Shown here: piece after piece, positions 56,501 through 64,000 of the stretch
How positions within the stretch are numbered: position 1 is the first letter of the stretch
Layout: the number at the start of each line of letters is the position of its first letter
Source of the DNA: Hamiltosporidium tvaerminnensis FI-OER-3-3
Lineage: Eukaryota; Fungi; Microsporidia
Length of the DNA: 64,000 nucleotides
Assembly: GCA_022605425.2 (NCBI GenBank)
Contig: JAKIMF020000011.1
Coordinates: 124,001 to 188,000, forward strand
Reading direction: 5' to 3'
Program-made: the position numbers and the translations under genes
Notes under the pieces: generated by a model
Databases searched by the model: none
Told to the model about the DNA's origin: nothing
Seen by the model: only the letters and a program-made list of their open reading frames with translations

Positions 56501-58185
56501 AAATTCTATCATTATTAGGTTTTTTTGTGTAAATTTATTTTTTCTTATCTATATAGATACAACATATAATGTTACAAATTGTTACAGACTTTTAACGGTA
56601 GTAAGTCAAAAGAGTATCTGAGAAATTTAATTTACCGGTATAAAATGTATTGTTTAAATAATTTGATATCTGCTTGGGATCTAAAATCTAAATATAGAAT
56701 TTTTATTTTTTAAAAAGGTTAACGTTTAAAAATCCCAAGGTTTAAATTCCTTTCGTTTCTGAAAACAATTCTAACTTTTTTATTTTAAATATTTTTCAAA
56801 AGAAAGAAACCATTAGTAAATTAATTCTAAAAAAATAATTTAATAATATTTATTGGTAAAAATTTTTTAGTCCGAATCGTAAAACATAAAATAAATTGTA
56901 AAACATTATCTAATGATATTTAAAAAATGTGTTAGTCTAATTACACATATTTACTATACTACTAGTAAAATGAAAGTATAATATTACTTTAAAAATTATT
57001 TAGTAGAAGATATTGCTACTATACGTCATCACCGTATATTTGAACCTAAGCAGATTACACCCAATTTCTAAGAAAGCATAAAATTTATGTAAATAAGTCA
57101 AAGCTGCTAGAAACAGAAAAAAAATTTTTAAGACTTCTTTATGAGATATGTTTTAATTAACGGAATAAAAACACGCACTAAAAAATCTAAAGATCTTTTC
57201 TTTGTTTCCCTAAACCATAAACCTAAAAATTAAAAAAAGCAAGAAGCATATATAAACTAGATAGGAGCACATATAAAAGACTTTTTATGATCCCTGTACC
57301 TTTACAGGACTTGTTTATTTGTTAAAGGTGAATTTGTACCATTTCTTTTACACCCCATTTACGTTGCTCCTGAATTTCTTTCGCGAAATAAACTATATTT
57401 GGTGACTTAGAATAATCTTAAATAGAAATTTTATGGCTTATATAAAACAGAGCCTTTAGACTCTAAATTCCTGCCTGTGCCCCGTTTGTTTTGTTTTAAA
57501 AAATAATACTTGTCGGTTAATCTTTGGCAAAAACCGCTAATCTCAAACTAGGTCAGGGAATAGAAAGAAAAATATGGGAGATACATTGCGTAATACTTTC
57601 TTTATATAACAAATCCTATGTGATAGCATTCAAATTAATTAATTGAAGGAATTTAATGCTTTTCTTGCAAGATAAAATGTAAAAAAAGAAAAATGTTTTT
57701 TAAATGGAAATTTAATTAATTTTTTTGAAAAAGTATATTTAATAACGAAAAACAATTTCAATGAAAATATTTATTTAATCCATTTGTTGTTTCTTCATTA
57801 AATTCCCTGTTTTTACATAATTTAATTTTTACAACTTTAGCTTTCTATTCTGAAGTCCGTTTGAATACAGGTATATATCTATTGGATAAGATAAGGTATC
57901 TTGGTTCTGCTCAATCTTTTTTTAGTATTCGAAAAACAAAAAATAATTTGCTATGATTGTAAAGTTTTTAATTAAATAATATTCCTGCGATATTATTTCT
58001 GTAACCGTTTGATTTATTTTTCTTCAATTAATATATTACGATATAATGTATTCTTCTTGTTCGTTGTATCTAATTAAATTTATTCGGCTTTGGATTTGTA
58101 TGTTTCGCTTTTCAAAACTTAGATTACTACTGTCGAATCAAAAAAATTCATTAAAACTATAAATACGTAGCGAATTTCAGTATTC

Positions 58186-59094
58186 ATGAAAAAAACCGAG
58201 AGCTCGGAGTCAGACAATGATCCCACTATTCCAAGAATCAAATATGTGATTGGGAATCAGGCACCGAAGCTTCCCCATACGCCTAGAAAAAAGAGGGATC
58301 CGAATAAACCAAAACTACCCTGTCCGTATTGTTTCTCGTTAAATACATCGAATAAGGGTACGGGGAAAAACCTTAATGATCCCCGTACCTATTGCAACAG
58401 CTGTAAGCGATCTTATAGCACACAAATCGCTGAGAATTTTGCTTATGCGTTTCAAAATAAAAAGGGTGAAATAAACGAATCGGATAAGTCAAATATCGGT
58501 GTAACGAAAAAGACTAGCGATCCGGCTATTACTAAGCTTGTGAATTCCCCGCCGGAGGAAGAGTTTACTAATCTAAACCAGTCGAAATTGACCAAAGAAC
58601 AGATTGCGTTGGTAATTTCAGGTGAATCTCCGTTTCCTATTACAAAATATATATTTGTTTATTTTACAGGAATCAAACGTAATAGGACAAGGCTGTATAA
58701 ACTTTCCCTGCAATCAATTAATCAAGAAGTTTCGAGATATATAATAATATTAGACTTTTTAGGGGAATGTACGCTGGAAGTGATTTGTATAGATAAATAC
58801 AAATCAAAAATTGTTACATTAATTGAAGGTTTGCCAGCGACCTACCTAAAAAACAGTCCTGAAATTAATGAGCAGAAACATCTAAATGTTTCTGCTCTGA
58901 AAGAACGAATGAAAAAAATCTACCAAAGAAAAGAAAACAAAAATTTAAGATTAAAAAGATTTGCAGTTCGCTTAAACAAATTAGATGGGGAAGAACTGCT
59001 TGAGTTTCTCATGAGCGCCAATATAATGGCCAAAAGTATTGGCTCGGAAGAGAAACTCAACCCCAATAAAATAAAAAAAAATAATGTTGTATAG
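58186..59094 (+). CDS. LINE ORF1 protein (302 aa) with an N-terminal CxxC-x20-CxxC zinc ribbon
   Basis: Uninterrupted 302 codons directly upstream of, and overlapping, the APE-RT ORF by 11 nt. Contains CPYC...KG...RTYCNSCKRSY (58321-58416) and a basic PRKKR stretch. Homologous remnant at 8367-9190. Confidence 0.88.
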   Translation: MKKTESSESDNDPTIPRIKYVIGNQAPKLPHTPRKKRDPNKPKLPCPYCFSLNTSNKGTGKNLNDPRTYCNSCKRSYSTQIAENFAYAFQNKKGEINESDKSNIGVTKKTSDPAITKLVNSPPEEEFTNLNQSKLTKEQIALVISGESPFPITKYIFVYFTGIKRNRTRLYKLSLQSINQEVSRYIIILDFLGECTLEVICIDKYKSKIVTLIEGLPATYLKNSPEINEQKHLNVSALKERMKKIYQRKENKNLRLKRFAVRLNKLDGEELLEFLMSANIMAKSIGSEEKLNPNKIKKNNVV

Positions 59095-59332
59095 TATTGG
59101 CTTTTTGAACGTAGGAGGACTTTCGGTTAAAAAAATAGAAATTATAAATTGTGTTTTATTGGATAATAAATTAGATATATTGGCTCTGGCAGAAACCTGG
59201 CGTGATGATATTGATAACTTAAATACAAACTATAGGATAGTTGCCAGATTGCTTTCTAAAAAGGTCAAGAAAAGATACTCAAATTCTGAAGGGATACTTA
59301 TTTTGGCGAAGAAATCTATTTACCCCAAATAA
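59084..59332 (+). CDS. LINE ORF2 N-terminal fragment: APE endonuclease motifs I-III (cut off by a frameshift)
   Basis: FLNVGGL, DILALAETW and EGILIL are the standard N-terminal EEP/APE motifs. Adding one A at 59327-59329 fuses this frame to 59368-61821. Confidence 0.85.
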   Translation: MLYSIGFLNVGGLSVKKIEIINCVLLDNKLDILALAETWRDDIDNLNTNYRIVARLLSKKVKKRYSNSEGILILAKKSIYPK

Positions 59333-59367
59333 TTCCTTCAATCACAGACTTTGGTATCTGTATAAAG

Positions 59368-61821
59368 ATGAATGATACATTACTGATATTCATATATAAG
59401 TCACCAGCGGTTTCTGCCTATAAAATTATCAATAAAATACCAAGTAAATATGAGGGCTTTGATGTCTTAGCATTGGGTGATTATAATTTGGAAAACTCTG
59501 TTGCTTACGAACAAATTGTTCTCGAACAGCACGCGGAATTGGGCTTATATGAAACAAAACTGGCACCATTCACATATAAGCACGGCTCCAAAACCTCAAC
59601 CCCCGATAAGTGCTTTTCCAATTTTAATGTTTCACCTGTTGTCATTGAAATTGAAGGAATGAATCATAAGCTAATAAAAGTGCAAGTTGGGCGGGTTGGA
59701 ACGCAATTGGAAACAAATTATAATATAAATCTTTTGAAAAACGCCGACACACTAAGCGAAGTAAGGAAAAGGATTGAAACACTGACAACTAAGAACGAAT
59801 TCTTTTTAAATACTCTGCCAATTGACGAAAAATTGAATTTTCTGCATAAGATTTTGCTAAAAGCGGCAAGAAAATTGCAAATCAGAAAACAGGTACAGAG
59901 GGTATCACATAACCCTATTTTGTCACACTTGAAAAGATTGAAAAGAAACAACTCAGCAAATAAGGATGCACATTCGGTGCAATTGTTGAGAAAGGAAATT
60001 AGAAGGTTAAGTAGGAAACTTAAACGATTGGGTGTGGAAGAAGGTAAGGTCAAACATAGTAACTTACAACCTTCCGAGCTGCATAAATTAGTTTGTGGTA
60101 GCAGTACAAAAAGAAAAATTTCTGAGAGACAAATAAAGTTTGCGGAATTGCAATTTAACAAAGAAGAATTGGTCCCTGTGTCTGAAACTAAAAAGAAAAT
60201 TGAGAAATTCTATTTGAGTATAAACAAAAAAAAAGACACGGAATGTGACAAATTGACAGGAATTACTATTGTGGAGTTATTGGATGAAATAAGAAATTTA
60301 AAATTGGGTAAGTCGGGGGGTTTGTCGGGCATACGAAATGAACTAATTAAAGCTTGCCCGATGAATTTTATTGGACATTTGAGTGTACTTTTTAACCAAA
60401 TTATATTGGAGAAGAAAGTACCTATGGCATGGAAATGCCATAGAATAAGACTTATCAGAAAAGAAATGAAAAGTTATAGGCTCATTGCGTTGATTGAAGA
60501 GACACGAAAATTGTTTGAAAAGTGTATTATAAGAAAGCTTTCATTTATGCTTTCTACTCGACAGACTGGTTTTAGAGAAAGACATTCTCCAATAGATAAT
60601 GCTTTGGGTGTTGATCATCTGTTAAGAAAGGGAGCTGGTAAGTTAATTTGTGTTTCATTAGATATAAAGTCGGCGTTTGATACAGTGTATAGGTGGAATC
60701 TTTATAAGAAACTAATTGTTTACCAATGTCTATCACTAAATGATACCCTTCTGATAGCGGAGCTTATTGAAAACAATTCGTACGTCTTGGAACATGGAAA
60801 CAGAAAAATCGATTGTTTTACGGCTTCAAGGGGTATACCACAGGGAAGTGTGCTTTCACCTAATTTGTATAATGTTTTCATTGATGACCTATTGTTGTAT
60901 ATTCCGCAGAATCTTAGAAAAAATCTGTTTATCTACGCTGATGATATTTTTCTATTTGGTGCCACACTAAAACAGATAAGGAAAATTATCAGATGTATAC
61001 AATTGCATGCATCTGATAACAAGTATGAGCTTAACCAACAGAAGTGCTTCTACAACGCGAATAAGAGATGCCGTATAGTTGTAAACGGTTCCCCTATAGA
61101 AAAACAAAGCCCTATGCATTATTTGGGGTATTACTTTAATTTGAAGGGAACGGATACCAATTCATCAATAAAAGAAACAAGAAAAAAAAGTTTGAAGGCG
61201 GCTATTGTTATGAAGAATGGACTTATTAAAAAAGTCGGCATAGGTAATAGTGGATATTATAGGCTTCTTTTGAAAGGATATGTGACGTTTATTAGACCAC
61301 ATTTGGATTATACAATGTTTTTATTGGCTGCTAATAAAACCTATGTTTCAGCAAGTGATAGAATCCAGAAGTCAGTCGTAAAGTATTTGTTTGGTTTGAA
61401 TCAGAAAATTCCGAGTGCTTTCTTATATGCCTTGTTACCAATAGAAACGATGATACAAAGATCCAATAGACTTACACTTTCACTTGGTTTGAGACTAATT
61501 ACGAATATTGATACTTGCTTGTATACTGATTTGATTCAACACAATACAAAGAATTTTAAGCATATAAAGAATATCTATGAAAAATATACATATGATACAA
61601 GAATAATCTCTAGGAAACTGTTGAAAGATTTTAAAAATGATTTTCTTAAAGATAATAGAACACTACTGGAACAAATAACTACCCTTAGATTTTATGATTT
61701 CAAAAATATTAGATATACTGATTTTACAAGATTATTGAATATTTTAAAGGAAGAAAAATTTATCCAATTACATGATATTGTTGCGTTTTTTATTGAAAAA
61801 AGCCGAAACCCTCCAATGTAA
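59368..61821 (+). CDS. LINE ORF2 main fragment: APE C-terminal half + reverse transcriptase
   Basis: APE motifs IYKSP, LGDYN, TPDKCFS and NHKLI. RT motifs GKSGGLSGI, YRLIAL, QTGFR, LDIKSAFD, GIPQGSVLSPNLY, YADD (60934-60945) and YLGY; thumb motif FIRPHLDY. Confidence 0.95.
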   Translation: MNDTLLIFIYKSPAVSAYKIINKIPSKYEGFDVLALGDYNLENSVAYEQIVLEQHAELGLYETKLAPFTYKHGSKTSTPDKCFSNFNVSPVVIEIEGMNHKLIKVQVGRVGTQLETNYNINLLKNADTLSEVRKRIETLTTKNEFFLNTLPIDEKLNFLHKILLKAARKLQIRKQVQRVSHNPILSHLKRLKRNNSANKDAHSVQLLRKEIRRLSRKLKRLGVEEGKVKHSNLQPSELHKLVCGSSTKRKISERQIKFAELQFNKEELVPVSETKKKIEKFYLSINKKKDTECDKLTGITIVELLDEIRNLKLGKSGGLSGIRNELIKACPMNFIGHLSVLFNQIILEKKVPMAWKCHRIRLIRKEMKSYRLIALIEETRKLFEKCIIRKLSFMLSTRQTGFRERHSPIDNALGVDHLLRKGAGKLICVSLDIKSAFDTVYRWNLYKKLIVYQCLSLNDTLLIAELIENNSYVLEHGNRKIDCFTASRGIPQGSVLSPNLYNVFIDDLLLYIPQNLRKNLFIYADDIFLFGATLKQIRKIIRCIQLHASDNKYELNQQKCFYNANKRCRIVVNGSPIEKQSPMHYLGYYFNLKGTDTNSSIKETRKKSLKAAIVMKNGLIKKVGIGNSGYYRLLLKGYVTFIRPHLDYTMFLLAANKTYVSASDRIQKSVVKYLFGLNQKIPSAFLYALLPIETMIQRSNRLTLSLGLRLITNIDTCLYTDLIQHNTKNFKHIKNIYEKYTYDTRIISRKLLKDFKNDFLKDNRTLLEQITTLRFYDFKNIRYTDFTRLLNILKEEKFIQLHDIVAFFIEKSRNPPM

Positions 61822-61846
61822 TGTTAGTACTTGGCCATACTAACAT
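61821..61846 (+). other. LINE 3'-UTR stem-loop (putative RT recognition signal)
   Basis: ATGTTAGTA-CTTGGCCA-TACTAACAT forms a perfect 9-bp stem starting at the stop codon. The TACTAACAT arm is retained in the decayed copy at 11947-11955. Confidence 0.6.
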
Positions 61847-64000
61847 AAATACTATATAAAATTCTTTGGATAAAGTGAATTACATGTTATTAAATAAAGT
61901 TTATCTTAGCTTATATGCTTTTAGTTTTATTATAATTTATTTTTTATTTAATTATAACGTTTTTAAATCTTATTTTATTGTTATCTTATAATTTCAAATT
62001 TTTTATATTTTAATGAAAAAAACTTGTTTATCTAGAACATTTTGTATATTTCATTTAAAAATACTGAATTTTTTTTTAATTTTTTTACTAAGAACTTAAT
62101 TTGAATTTTTATTAAAAGTTTTTACCTGATTTTCATATTATCTATTTTGTCCGTAATAGAAATATTGAACCGTTTTGTGGTACGTGTATTACACATAAGC
62201 TTTGTTTCTATTTAAGATAAATAGGTTTGCCCTCCAATTTCGTTTTTTTTATTCATGAGACTATTTTCTAAATTTTAGGTTATAAATCAATTCTTTACAT
62301 GTCTAAAAAACATTTAAGTTACTAACCTAAGTCCCTAATTCGGAAAACTTTGATTTTCCTCTTTTTTGGAGAGCATTCTTGATGTTTTTCTTGAATTAAG
62401 TCTAATGTGTATTCAATTTAAAATTTTTGATTTGAAAACACTAAAATAAAATATTTTACTGTATTTTACAATTTTAGCAATTATTTTTTATTTCAAAAAA
62501 TATTACATCTAAAACTTATGATTGAACACAAATAAAAGCAAAATACTTTTTTTATATAATTGTATTCTCTTTGTCAGCATTCCGCTACCGAATCTTCTTA
62601 ATTTAACAAATAAATCTTTAAATTGGTATTATTTATGGCCATTTGCTTTTTTTCACTTGCTAAACTGCCATTTTTCTTTTTATATAGACCTTTTAACATT
62701 TAAGTAAATACTAATCTATTTATGCAAATTTTAAACTTCTGTTTTTTTAATTTGTTTTAAATTTAGAATGTAAAGTGATTTGTTCTTCTTAGATTTTCTA
62801 TATAATATATACTTTTTAATAGTAAGTATTAAAAATGTATGCGAAACAGGGGGTTTCAAACCATTCTGGTAAAGTTACCTTAGTTAAAATTTTTCCTTCT
62901 AATTTAGTTAAGGTAGTTTTGCATTATCGTACAGTTTCACACAATTTTTTCGTTGGTTCGGGGTTTTATTGCTTTCTTAGATTTCGAAGTCTTTTTTTAG
63001 TTATTACTTTTTCTAATACTTTTTTTATTTTTTAATTCTATTTTTTTTTTTAGTGTATACTTTAGGCGTTTTTTTTGCTTTTTGCTAACAATTTTGGATT
63101 CTTAAGGCTAATATGGTGTTTTTCGAAATATAGTCTTATATCAGTTATTATAAAGCTTTTAACTGTAAAGTATTCCGCGATTTTTACTTTTTAATATAAA
63201 TGGTTCTCGTTTTACATTTTTTTAAAATGTTTTTTTTTATATTTTAAAACTATGTTATTCATTTGCTAAAAGTTTTTTAATAATTTACAATAATATTTAT
63301 TGGTAAGGTTTTTTATTAGCTTTTTAGATTTGGTTACAAAATTATTAAGTTTTCTATATGTTTTTACCTTTCTTTTCAAGCTTTTTAAATTTTATCTTAA
63401 ATTTAGCTGTTTTCCTCGTTTTTTACATTTTTTCAAATTTTTTAGTTTTTTTCAAATATTTTATTTTTAAAACTTTTCTACTTTTAGTTTGATTTGAAGT
63501 TTAACAACTTTTTAAGTGATCGGCTTAGGTCTAAGTTTTTTTAAAATATTAAAAAGAGATTTCATTGTAAAACTGCACACTAAATGGTCAATTTGGTTTT
63601 TTGACAAAAATCTGAAGATTTTTTGAATTATAGCTCGGTAATATAAATAAATTGCCCTAATAAAATTGTTAAACCTTAAATTCTGTGTAATTTATTTTTA
63701 TAATAAATTATTAATGTTATATATTGTTTTAAGTTTATTTTATAATGCTTCTATGATTTTTCATAGGCTAGAAATTACCTAGCTACGAAATTCGGAAAAA
63801 TTCTTAACAAAAACTATTTTTTGAAAAAAATGTTTATTTTAACATTCTTAAATACTACAATCTACTTTCAGTTAAAAATTTTGGAATTATCTGTAAAATA
63901 CGGTTTTTAAAAATATAAATTTAGATGATGAATGGTTGATTTAATTTAGTTCGACTTACTTCCATTTGGGAACAATACGTACGGTACACCTTGTATTAAG

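Larger units (their letters stand above)
58086..61901 (+). mobile_element. Near-intact APE-type non-LTR retrotransposon (LINE), ~3.8 kb
   Basis: ORF1 plus overlapping ORF2 (APE + RT). Ends were inferred by alignment with the decayed relative (5' GGCTTTGGATT vs GGTTAGGATT; 3' hairpin plus TTAAATAAAGTT). No clean TSD found. Confidence 0.93.

Noticed and set aside
59718-60161. 147-aa minus-strand ORF (also the short alternative-frame ORFs 59477-59662 and 60767-60970)
   Set aside because: Antisense or alternative-frame shadows of the LINE ORF2, with F/L/S-rich composition and no motifs.
58186-61821. Host nuclear genetic code with TAA/TAG=Gln as an explanation for the lack of ORFs
   Set aside because: The LINE ORFs run 302 and 817 codons with no in-frame TAA/TAG/TGA and end in TAG/TAA, consistent with the standard code. 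A horizontally acquired element would weaken this argument.
58060-61920. TSD for the young LINE
   Set aside because: Only TATCT is shared between the flanks, which is too short to call in AT-rich DNA.
62700-63530. T-rich stretch with loose internal repeats, similar in style to 52500-53030
   Set aside because: Similarity could not be distinguished from low-complexity composition by eye.

Overview
Very AT-rich eukaryotic, repeat-dominated window with no recognisable intact host gene. A microsporidian or early-diverging-fungus-like genome is a guess based on composition and the LINE type. The only long ORFs belong to a near-intact APE-type non-LTR retrotransposon (LINE, ~58086-61901). Its ORF1 carries an IS1/IS1595-like C4 zinc ribbon, and its ORF2 (APE endonuclease + RT with YADD) is split by a 1-nt frameshift. 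A decayed full-length relative lies at ~8267-12007. The most informative non-coding structure is a 730-bp GC-richer, SINE-like element at 19668-20397 (minus strand). It has a perfect 17-bp target-site duplication, an empty paralogous site at 54246-54262, and the same 3' tail (TTAAATAAAGTT) as the LINE. Two older copies of it (1445-~2160, 23036-~23755) sit at the left end of a second, unidentified 1.5-3.5 kb repeat (family R), present in six co-oriented copies. Also seen: a degenerate ~187-bp satellite (~42.2-45.4 kb), two related CCCTAA-rich blocks that switch to G-rich sequence on the right, a MITE-like palindrome and weak pseudogene remnants. All comparisons were made by eye, and boundaries of decayed repeats are approximate.
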